In this document: positions 28,207 through 36,207 of the stretch, in pieces
Position numbering within the stretch: position 1 is the stretch's first letter
Layout: each line of letters begins with the position of its first letter
Assembly: GCA_964565925.1 (NCBI GenBank)
Contig: CAZMGV010000001.1
Coordinates: forward strand, 430,618-494,617
DNA length: 64,000 bases
Origin: an uncultured bacterium
Lineage (GTDB): Bacteria; JAGRBM01; JAHCIT01
Direction of reading: 5' to 3'
Program-made: the position numbers and the translations under genes
The notes under the pieces: generated by a model
The model's database searches: none
Seen by the model: the letters and a program-made list of their open reading frames with translations, nothing else
Told to the model about the DNA's origin: nothing

Positions 28207-29462
28207 CAGGTGCTGCGGATTTCTTTCTCGGCGTTCGTGATCCGGCTGATGAGGTCCGGGTTGTGGGCGTTCTTGCGGGCCTGCTTGAGCGCCCTGAGCG
28301 CGCGGCGCTTGTGGCCGAGCGCCTTCTGGACCAGCGCGCGGTAGTAGAACAGCTCGGCGGTCACCGGTGCGAGCGGCGACATCTTGTTCACCGGCAGGAG
28401 GTTCCGCAGCCCTTCCTCGATATTGCGGTCCGCTTCGTCGATGCGGCCTTCCCTGAAGAAGACGGCGCCCAGATAGCCCCGCAGCAGGCCCATGCTGCGG
28501 CTGGAACCGGCGCGCCCGAGCGCTTCCTTGAGCAGTTCCTCGGCGCGGTCGAAATCGCGGCCGGCCTCCAGATACAGGAGCGCCAGTTCCGCACGGAGCA
28601 TCGACGAGGTGGGGTCGATCTCCAGCGCCTTTTTGTAGTTCAGTTCGGCGTCGGCGTACTCTTTCAGCGCACGCAGCACGGTCGCCCGGCGGTACGACAG
28701 AAACGGCTCCGGAAGCCGCGTCGCCTCGGCGCGGCTGATCTCTTCCATAGCACGGGAGCGGTCGCCGTCCATCGCATAAAGAATCGCGAGTTCGCCGTGG
28801 TAGTAGCCCTCCGGCAGCACACGCTTGAGAAACACCGAGCGGGCCCGGGTTTTCTCCAGCATCTCGGCCGCCTTGCGGTACTGGGCCAGGTGGCGAAGCC
28901 GCTGCCACTCGGCGAGCGGGGCCAGGGGGCCCTTGCGGGCGGACCGTACCAGCGCGAACTGGACGATCATCAGCATGATGGCGATGGAAAAGAGCGTCAT
29001 CTGGTCCGGCGGCTTGAGATCGATGAACTCAAGGCCGGCCGCCAGCAGCACGATGATAATTCCGAAGATCGCCGCACGGACCGCCAGGAACCAGAAGGCG
29101 TTGCGGCGCAGCCCCTCCATGACCGCGCGGATCTCGGTGCTTTCGGAGGCCGTGCCGTTGAACCCGCCTTCGAGGTCGAGCCCCGGCGCCGGATTGTCGG
29201 GCCCTTCGACCCGGTCGACTTCGCCGCGGGCGGGACGCGTGGGTTCGCCGCGGGCGAGTTCGCCGCGCGCGAGGTTCGCCGCCTCCACCGGAACCGGCAC
29301 GAACTTCACCGGTTCCTTCTCGGGTTTCACTTCGGCGACCGTGATGGAGGTAAAACCGCGCGCTTCGAGCGTGCGGCGCACTTCCTCCGCGCTGTCGGCG
29401 ACCATGCGGCCATCGTAGGGATGGTCACGGGTGTCTTTTGCTTTGAAATCGTATTGAGGCAT
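28206..29462 (-). CDS. TPR-repeat membrane protein
   Basis: N-terminal soluble part, two TM helices, then multiple TPR-like repeats. Its stop overlaps the cyaY start in TGATG, which suggests translational coupling. Confidence 0.5.
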   Translation of the reverse strand: MPQYDFKAKDTRDHPYDGRMVADSAEEVRRTLEARGFTSITVAEVKPEKEPVKFVPVPVEAANLARGELARGEPTRPARGEVDRVEGPDNPAPGLDLEGGFNGTASESTEIRAVMEGLRRNAFWFLAVRAAIFGIIIVLLAAGLEFIDLKPPDQMTLFSIAIMLMIVQFALVRSARKGPLAPLAEWQRLRHLAQYRKAAEMLEKTRARSVFLKRVLPEGYYHGELAILYAMDGDRSRAMEEISRAEATRLPEPFLSYRRATVLRALKEYADAELNYKKALEIDPTSSMLRAELALLYLEAGRDFDRAEELLKEALGRAGSSRSMGLLRGYLGAVFFREGRIDEADRNIEEGLRNLLPVNKMSPLAPVTAELFYYRALVQKALGHKRRALRALKQARKNAHNPDLISRITNAEKEIRST

Positions 29463-29630
29463 CTTCAGGTTCAGTTTCCCGCGAAAACCTTCAGGTCAGG
29501 ATGACCCAGGTCACGCGGACAGCACTGTAATGTCGCCACTTTTTAACGTTCTGACAAGGGGCAGCCAGATGATGCCCGCAGGCCATAAAGCAGACAGGAG
29601 AACAGGCCAGAGAACGCGATAATGCCGCGT

Positions 29631-30449
29631 TCAGGGCATGAAACGCTTGTAATTCTTAGCCAGCAGTTCGCTGGTGAGCACCGGGAACGCGCGCTTGAGA
29701 TAGTCCGTAATGTAGGTCTCCCGGGCGACCAGCACCCGGGCCTCGTTCTTTTCGATCCCCCGGATGATCGCCTGGGCGACGGACGATGGCGGCAGCGTCT
29801 TCTTTTCGAAGAACTTCACCGCCTTGGCCTTCTGCTTGTCGCCGGTCGCGTGGGTGAACCGGGCGCTTTTCACGATATTGGTGTTGATCCCGCCTGGATG
29901 CACCGACGTCACGCCGATATTGAAGTCCGACAGCTCGGCGCGGATCGACTCGCTGAAGCCGCGCACGGCGAACTTGGTGGCGCAATAAGACGCCTGGGTC
30001 GGCAGGCCGATCAACCCGAACATGCTCGAGATGTTGACGATGTGGCCCTCGCCCGCCTGCTTTAAGTACGGCAGGAAGAACTTGCTCCCGTAGACGACGC
30101 CCCAGAAGTTAATGCCGACGATCCACTCGAAATCCTCGATGGAGTGCTCGTCCAGCGGCGCCGTCACCGACACGCCCGCGTTGTTCACGACGATGTTCAC
30201 CTTGCCGTGGGACTTCGCCACTTCGTCGGCGAACGCCAGCATGAGGTCCTTCTTCGAGACGTCCACGACATGACGGGTCACCTTGACGCCGAACGCGGCC
30301 GCCTGCTTGCCGGTTTCGGCAAGGCCCGCCTCGTTCACGTCCGCGATGGCCAGATGCGCGCCGCGCTTGGCGAGCTCCAGCGAGGTCGCCCGCCCGATAC
30401 CGCTGCCCGCGCCCGTCACTACCGCCACACGTCCCCGGAAATCCTTCAT
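29631..30449 (-). CDS. SDR-family short-chain dehydrogenase/reductase
   Basis: TGAGSGIGR cofactor motif and the catalytic tetrad region NNAG...S...YCATK. Start set to MKDFRGR. The ORF extends to 30509. Confidence 0.75.
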   Translation of the reverse strand: MKDFRGRVAVVTGAGSGIGRATSLELAKRGAHLAIADVNEAGLAETGKQAAAFGVKVTRHVVDVSKKDLMLAFADEVAKSHGKVNIVVNNAGVSVTAPLDEHSIEDFEWIVGINFWGVVYGSKFFLPYLKQAGEGHIVNISSMFGLIGLPTQASYCATKFAVRGFSESIRAELSDFNIGVTSVHPGGINTNIVKSARFTHATGDKQKAKAVKFFEKKTLPPSSVAQAIIRGIEKNEARVLVARETYITDYLKRAFPVLTSELLAKNYKRFMP

Positions 30450-30677
30450 CGTCAGTCCCTTTCGCATTCCCGGTGGCGGCACTCCGCACCGGAAGGCGGA
30501 GTATTCCACGTCTTAAGGAAAGAGCAAAAACAGGGGGTTCACATAGGGTGACCATGCGAGCCTGGCGGTAGGGGCGCTGCTTGCTGCGCCTCTACCGCAA
30601 AGCGGGCCCCTGTCGGGTGAGGACATCGCTGAGCGAAGAAGCGTGCCACGGCGCGTCCGTGTGTTACCCTTTTCTCC

Positions 30678-31613
30678 ATGCCGCAGACGTCCCCTACGCC
30701 AGCCGACCTCGACTCCATCTACCGGGAACACCGCCAGTTCCTGTGGGGGCTCACCTACCGGCTCACCGGCAGCACGGCGGACGCCGACGATATCGTGCAG
30801 GAGACGTTCGTGAAGGCCATCGAGAACCCGCCTCCCGACACGGCCAGACCGTGGCGGCCGTGGCTTGTGCGGGTGGCGACGAACCTCGGCATCGACCGGC
30901 TGCGCCGCCGCAAGGAGTCGCCCTACCCGGGTCCCTGGCTCCCGGCGGTGATCGAGACCGCGCCGGGCGACTTCGATCTGGCCGACACGGCCCCGACCCC
31001 CGACGGCCGGTACACCGAACTGGAAAGCGTCACGCTGGCGTTCCTGCTGGCGCTCGAAGCGTTGAACCCCAAGCAGCGGGCGGTGCTGATCCTGCGCGAC
31101 GTGTTCGACTACTCCGTGGCCGAAACGGCGCAGGCGCTCGAGATATCCGAATCCGACGTCAAAACCACCCATCACCGCGCGCGCGGGCTGATGGAAACCT
31201 ACGACCACGCCCGGGTGATCCCGACCAGGGCGCTCCAGCAGAAGGTGCAGGTGGCGCTCGGTAATTTCCTGTCGTGCCTGATGAACCGCGACGCGGCGGG
31301 TATCGAGAAGCTGCTCGCGGCGGACGTGCGGGTGCTCTCCGACGGCGGCGGCGAGTACAGCGCCGCGCGGGTGCCGATTGTCGGCGCCGCCAAGGTGGCG
31401 AAGTTCTACGTCAGCATCAGCGAGCAGAAGGCCGAGGGGATGAACCTGCAGCTGACGTATCTGAACGGCCTGCCCGCCATCGTCATCCGTACCGAGAACC
31501 CGGAGGACGGCACCGCGCCGGTACTGGTCTGGCAGTGCGTGATAGATCAGTCAGGGAAGATCAAAGAGTTTCACAGCGTCATGGCGACGGAGAAGGTGCT
31601 GAGTTTAAAGTAA
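30678..31613 (+). CDS. ECF sigma factor with C-terminal SnoaL-like extension (ECF41/SigJ-type)
   Basis: Sigma2 (DADDIVQETFVKA) and sigma4 (VLILRDVFDYSVAETAQALEISESDVKTTHHRAR) regions. YPGPWLP motif resembling the ECF41 YVGPWLPEP linker. About 110-aa C-terminal extension. No adjacent anti-sigma gene. Confidence 0.7.
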   Translation: MPQTSPTPADLDSIYREHRQFLWGLTYRLTGSTADADDIVQETFVKAIENPPPDTARPWRPWLVRVATNLGIDRLRRRKESPYPGPWLPAVIETAPGDFDLADTAPTPDGRYTELESVTLAFLLALEALNPKQRAVLILRDVFDYSVAETAQALEISESDVKTTHHRARGLMETYDHARVIPTRALQQKVQVALGNFLSCLMNRDAAGIEKLLAADVRVLSDGGGEYSAARVPIVGAAKVAKFYVSISEQKAEGMNLQLTYLNGLPAIVIRTENPEDGTAPVLVWQCVIDQSGKIKEFHSVMATEKVLSLK

Positions 31614-31638
31614 CTCAACCGCTGCTTCGCGGTATATT

Positions 31639-32727
31639 TCATGTGCCCGCCAACTGCCTCTCATCAAAAAGCTGTTCTGGCTTCCGCCATCCGTTTGGGT
31701 ATTCAACTACAGGAGGGAATCCATTGGTTTCGTCCGAAACGCAATTGACGAATGTTTCCTTAGAGATACCTTGCACGTTGCTGAAACCTTGGTATCTAAA
31801 TTGACACATATAAAATCTTGCATTTGTTAAGTTGGCACCGGCGATCGATGTTGAATCCATAGTCACGCCGCTCATTGTGCAATCAGTAAGGTTCGAGCCG
31901 TTGAAATCGACTCCGTACATTACCGCACCAATGAAACTAGCCCCAGTAAAATCGCAATTAGTTAATTTCGCTAACGCCATAATGCATTGTGAAAATTGCA
32001 CATTACGGAAACATAAGCCGTCGAGACGGCCATTCACGATCAGGACTTCTTTTAATTCTGGGCGATATCCGATCGGGTCATTCGCAATATTTCGTCTACC
32101 AATCACAGTTAAGGCGAACTTGATCGCTTCCGGCATTTCGGTTTCAAAAATACTATCTGAATAAACGTCGACGTAATTCAATTCAGTGAGTACTGCACCA
32201 GAGGGTCGCTTGAAAACCTCATGATGGATGTCATCCCATATTCTCCGGTTCCACGACGACTTCCGTCGCACGAATGACGAGAGCACTTCCATGGATGGGA
32301 CATGAAAATCCGTAGCCGATTTTGCGATATGTTCAATTACAAAAATTGCTCCGATTACTTCATCGATTTTATCGCTCGTCAGCATCCGAACGGCTGACTG
32401 AAATTGCTCCGATAATAGTCGACGCTCAGATAACCGATTGTTTTCGACGGCAACGGCAGCCTGGCTAAGTGCGGCAGCAGCCTGCTGCTCCGCAGCTTTT
32501 ATCCGTCTCCAAGCAAACACGAAACCGATTAGTGCAGCTATTACTCCAAGGACTTTCAAGTAGAAATCCATGAAGTCTTTCAGCGTGATTTTTTCGGAAT
32601 CGACCGGCCCGATTATGGACTGCAAAACGAACCAAAGAAGAAGAACGACGCAGATCAAGAAAAACCCGACCAACAAGGTCTGGGATAAATCGATTTTGAC
32701 GTTATTTTGATCTCTTTGCTCTACCAT
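31639..32727 (-). CDS. membrane-anchored pentapeptide-repeat protein (low-GC island)
   Basis: N-terminal TM helices, a central domain of unknown type, then C-terminal A(D/N)LXX pentapeptide repeats (CDFTGASFIGAVMYGVDFNGSNLTDCTMSGVTM...). Local GC about 47% against about 64% in flanks. Confidence 0.5.
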   Translation of the reverse strand: MVEQRDQNNVKIDLSQTLLVGFFLICVVLLLWFVLQSIIGPVDSEKITLKDFMDFYLKVLGVIAALIGFVFAWRRIKAAEQQAAAALSQAAVAVENNRLSERRLLSEQFQSAVRMLTSDKIDEVIGAIFVIEHIAKSATDFHVPSMEVLSSFVRRKSSWNRRIWDDIHHEVFKRPSGAVLTELNYVDVYSDSIFETEMPEAIKFALTVIGRRNIANDPIGYRPELKEVLIVNGRLDGLCFRNVQFSQCIMALAKLTNCDFTGASFIGAVMYGVDFNGSNLTDCTMSGVTMDSTSIAGANLTNARFYMCQFRYQGFSNVQGISKETFVNCVSDETNGFPPVVEYPNGWRKPEQLFDERQLAGT

Positions 32728-32852
32728 TGCCCATCACTCACGTATCCAAGCTGCTTACGAGGCTGAAACGATATCGCGATCGGTGACTCCGTAATGAAAC
32801 GCAAATAGGTGCGTAAGCAATGCCTAACTAATTCCCAGGTAAAATAGGCATT

Positions 32853-33221
32853 TCAGGAAGGGCTACGTTGCATAAAGCCGAAATCCATAATCCACCGATC
32901 TGGGTCGAAATGGCCTACGAGGTCTCGATTCGCAAGATTAAATACAAAGTCCTGAAGCAACCCTTCATAGCCCGCTTCAAACCCAATATCTTCGCGATTT
33001 TCTACAACCTCGGCCCAGTCGCGTAGATAATCCTCAGTAATGTCACGATCCGTCAATCGCATGAGAAGATTTCTCGCGTCCTTACGAGTGAATAGAACTA
33101 AATCAGCCCTCGAATCCCAACCAAACGATGCCAACTCCTCTTCAATTTCCGAAGGCGGCCTTCGTAAATTGATCAACTCCTCAAGAAGGAGCGTGCGCCT
33201 TGCTAAATCGATGCCATTCAT
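32853..33221 (-). CDS. hypothetical acidic protein (122 aa) in low-GC island
   Basis: Start overlaps the stop of the upstream 82-aa ORF (ATGA). No recognisable domain. Confidence 0.35.
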   Translation of the reverse strand: MNGIDLARRTLLLEELINLRRPPSEIEEELASFGWDSRADLVLFTRKDARNLLMRLTDRDITEDYLRDWAEVVENREDIGFEAGYEGLLQDFVFNLANRDLVGHFDPDRWIMDFGFMQRSPS

Positions 33222-33466
33222 GGGTACTTCTGCTTAACGTGAACGACATTCCCACTAGGGTCATACGTCGTTTTTATATATTTTAGCGTAATACCTGCTC
33301 CATCTACAGTTTTTTCGTAAATTGCCTTAGAGCCGGGGACGATTCCATTTACAGTCGCCTCAAAAACGACACTTCCGTTTGGCAGAGCGTAATTACGGAC
33401 GGATGCGACTGCGTTCGGCAGTTTCGAAACGAAGCGCTTATAATTATTGGTTTGCTGGCTGTTCAA
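33218..33466 (-). CDS. hypothetical small protein (82 aa) in low-GC island
   Basis: TTG start with the palindrome AATTGGC-A-GCCAATT overlapping the start/RBS. No recognisable domain. The coding call is tentative. Confidence 0.3.
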   Translation of the reverse strand: MNSQQTNNYKRFVSKLPNAVASVRNYALPNGSVVFEATVNGIVPGSKAIYEKTVDGAGITLKYIKTTYDPSGNVVHVKQKYP

Positions 33467-33613
33467 TTGGCTGCCAATTCATTCCCGCAATTATTTCGCT
33501 TATATCATATCTGTATATTGTGCGCTAATAAATTCAAGAAGCGCTCAATCCCCTCTCTGTGCGATCCGGCGAGGATAATCCGGTTCCAGCTCGTTCCTTG
33601 GCCGGTTGAGTGC

Positions 33614-34396
33614 CTATCCCGCCGTCAGCAGATCCACGCTCTCTCCGTCGGCGGGAATCTGCACCCGGGAGGCAAGGCCTGCGCTCTCGATACGCGCACT
33701 GAGTTCCGCCCGCGTCACGGGGCAGTGGTTGAGCGCCTCCAGATGGGTCGCGACGACGGCTCCGGGTGAGAGCCGGATAAATTCAAGTATCTCATCAATC
33801 GTCATCAGGATCGGGCGGCCCACATCGAGCTGCGCGCCGCCCGCATGAACAACCGCCACGTCGGGGCGTTCCTGACGGAGCGTCTCTTTCACGCTGCCGG
33901 TCAGAACCGTGTCGCCGCTCAGGTAAAGACTGGGCTCGCCGGGCAGCCGGATCACGTAACCGACACCCGCGCCCATCACGCTGCCGATCCAGCCGTGGCC
34001 GTGGGTGGCCGGTACCGGCAGGATCGTTCCGCCCAGAAACGGGCTGGGGCGGCCAGGCGGCAGTCCAGTGACACGCAGGCCTTTGCCCTTCAGATAGTTC
34101 GCGTCATGGGCGCTGCAGAAGACGGGGATATGGTTGTTAACCAGAAACGATATTCCGTCACCGTCCAGATGATCCTTGTGCCCGCGCTGGCAGTGGGTGA
34201 TGAGGCCGGTCGTCACCATGGGCAGCAGTTTTTCGGCCTGCGGAGGCAGCGGCACGGTCGGATTCCATTTGGGGCTGTGGCGCAGGAACGAGAACGGCGG
34301 AATCCCTCCGGCGTCCGAGAGCATCGGATCGACGAGGATCCGCACACCGGCGGCTTCGACGATGATCGTGGCGTTCCTGAGGTGATGGATTTTCAT
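33614..34396 (-). CDS. MBL-fold metallo-hydrolase
   Basis: HxHxDH-type motif region (THCQRGHKDHLDG) and downstream His/Asp ligands (ATHGHGW, HAGG). About 260 aa. Confidence 0.7.
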   Translation of the reverse strand: MKIHHLRNATIIVEAAGVRILVDPMLSDAGGIPPFSFLRHSPKWNPTVPLPPQAEKLLPMVTTGLITHCQRGHKDHLDGDGISFLVNNHIPVFCSAHDANYLKGKGLRVTGLPPGRPSPFLGGTILPVPATHGHGWIGSVMGAGVGYVIRLPGEPSLYLSGDTVLTGSVKETLRQERPDVAVVHAGGAQLDVGRPILMTIDEILEFIRLSPGAVVATHLEALNHCPVTRAELSARIESAGLASRVQIPADGESVDLLTAG

Positions 34397-34419
34397 TCCG
34401 GCTCCGTATCTGGCTGAAG

Positions 34420-35658
34420 CTAGATCCCCTCGCCCTGCGATCCGGCGAGGATGATCCGGTTGCGGCCCGCTGCCTTCGCCTTGTAGAGCGCCTCGTCGGC
34501 GAGGCGGATCAGGTCGTCGACGCGTTCAACCGGCGCGGCATCACTGGAGGCACCGGCGACCGGAAAACGCACGAGGCCCAGGCTCACCGTCACATGGAAC
34601 GACGTGTGGCCGCCCACGACGATCTGGGTGGTCTCGACACTCTGGCGGCACCGCTCGGCGACCGCCTCGGCCGCCTCCAGACCGGTTTCAGGGAGCAGCA
34701 GGACGAACTCCTCGCCGCCGTAGCGGGCGATCACATCCGTCGTGCGGACCGCGCTGTTCAGCACCGAGGCGATGGTCATCAGCACCCGGTCGCCGATCAG
34801 GTGGCCGTACTGGTCGTTGATCCGCTTGAAATAGTCCACGTCCAGCACGGCGAAACTGAGCGGCCGGCCGTAGCGCCGCGCGCGCTCGAACTCCGCCTCG
34901 AACAGCTCCAGGAAGTGCCTGCGGTTGAACAGGCCGGTCAGGCCGTCCTTCGTGGCGAGGTCACGGAACTCGCCCTCGCGCTCGTACCACCGGCGGTACA
35001 TGACGGCCGAAAATATCCAGCAGGGGGCCATGAACCCGATGGCGATTCCCACGAACGCATACCGCCACGCGGGCGCGGCGTGGCCCGAGGCGTCCACCGG
35101 GAACGTATGGAACAGCGGGGCGTAGGGGATGAGCCCCGCTTCCATCGCAAAACCGGCGGCGATCAGCCCCGCGAACGACAGGAATATGGCGGAAGCGACA
35201 AGCCGCTGGTCGTGCAGCGCCAGCGCCGCCGTCCCGGCCGCCGCGAGAAACATCCAGTACGGGGACGAATAGAGCCCGGACCAGTAGAGCAGGAACGCAT
35301 AGGTGAAGGCCCAGGCGTGGGTGAATACGATCTGGAGCGCCCAGGCGCTGCGGGTGCCCTCCGTCACGCGGCGGGCGGCCACGGCGAGCAGCGCCCACAG
35401 GGCGATGACCGCGACCGACAGGATATAGACGACGTTGAGACCCTGCTGCGAAAAGTGCGCGCCGCCGTCAAGCCTCGCCAGCCACAGGATCAGCAGCAGC
35501 GAACTCAGATGCCCGCCGACCGAGATGTCGCACATGATCGCGCAGCGGCGGGCCGGGGTTTCCTCCAGCAGCCCCTCGACGTACTTCCGTATCCGCGACC
35601 AGAGCCCGCTGGCTGGCTCCGGTCCGGATTCGATGGGCACTTCGTGAACCGGTGTCAC
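34420..35658 (-). CDS. diguanylate cyclase (GGDEF) with N-terminal integral-membrane sensor domain
   Basis: Six or more TM helices then the GGDEF domain (RYGGEEFVLLL active site; DGLTGLFNRRHF, LDVDYFKRINDQYGH). Confidence 0.8.
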   Translation of the reverse strand: MTPVHEVPIESGPEPASGLWSRIRKYVEGLLEETPARRCAIMCDISVGGHLSSLLLILWLARLDGGAHFSQQGLNVVYILSVAVIALWALLAVAARRVTEGTRSAWALQIVFTHAWAFTYAFLLYWSGLYSSPYWMFLAAAGTAALALHDQRLVASAIFLSFAGLIAAGFAMEAGLIPYAPLFHTFPVDASGHAAPAWRYAFVGIAIGFMAPCWIFSAVMYRRWYEREGEFRDLATKDGLTGLFNRRHFLELFEAEFERARRYGRPLSFAVLDVDYFKRINDQYGHLIGDRVLMTIASVLNSAVRTTDVIARYGGEEFVLLLPETGLEAAEAVAERCRQSVETTQIVVGGHTSFHVTVSLGLVRFPVAGASSDAAPVERVDDLIRLADEALYKAKAAGRNRIILAGSQGEGI

Positions 35659-35659
35659 G

Positions 35660-36142
35660 TCACTTCCCCTGCCGCTTCCACTCGCCGCTGCGGCCCCCGC
35701 TCTTTTCCATTAAATAGATGTCTTCGATGACAATACCACGTTCGACCGCTTTCAGCATGTCGTAGACCGTGAGAGCGGCCGCCGATACGGCGGTCAGCGC
35801 CTCCATCTCGACCCCTGTCTCGCCGGTGGTCCGGACGGTCGCCTCGATGGTGACGATCCCTTTTTTATCGATGCTCGCGTCCACCTCGACCCCGGTAATG
35901 GGGATCGGATGGCAGAGCGGGATCAGGTCGGAGGTTCTTTTCGTCGCCTGGATGCCGGCCAGTATCGCCACCTGCAGGACGTCGCCCTTTTTCGCCTTCC
36001 GGGTACGGACAAGATCAGCGGTGGTTTTGGACAGCCGCACATGGGCGACGGCCCGGGCGATCCGCCGGGTTTTCTGCTTCTCCGAGACGTCCACCATCCG
36101 GGGTTTGCCGCGCGAGTCCATATGGGTGAGCTTTTTTGCCAT
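35660..36142 (-). CDS. moaC: cyclic pyranopterin monophosphate synthase
   Basis: MoaC signature ([16 protein letters not shown]...IPLCHPIP...[27 protein letters not shown]). Confidence 0.85.
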   Translation of the reverse strand: MAKKLTHMDSRGKPRMVDVSEKQKTRRIARAVAHVRLSKTTADLVRTRKAKKGDVLQVAILAGIQATKRTSDLIPLCHPIPITGVEVDASIDKKGIVTIEATVRTTGETGVEMEALTAVSAAALTVYDMLKAVERGIVIEDIYLMEKSGGRSGEWKRQGK

Positions 36143-36207
36143 GCCGGTTCGTACCCCTGCCCCCAGCCTCGCGGCAAGCGGTGGAAATCAGGGCGCTTTG
36201 GCGTTAT

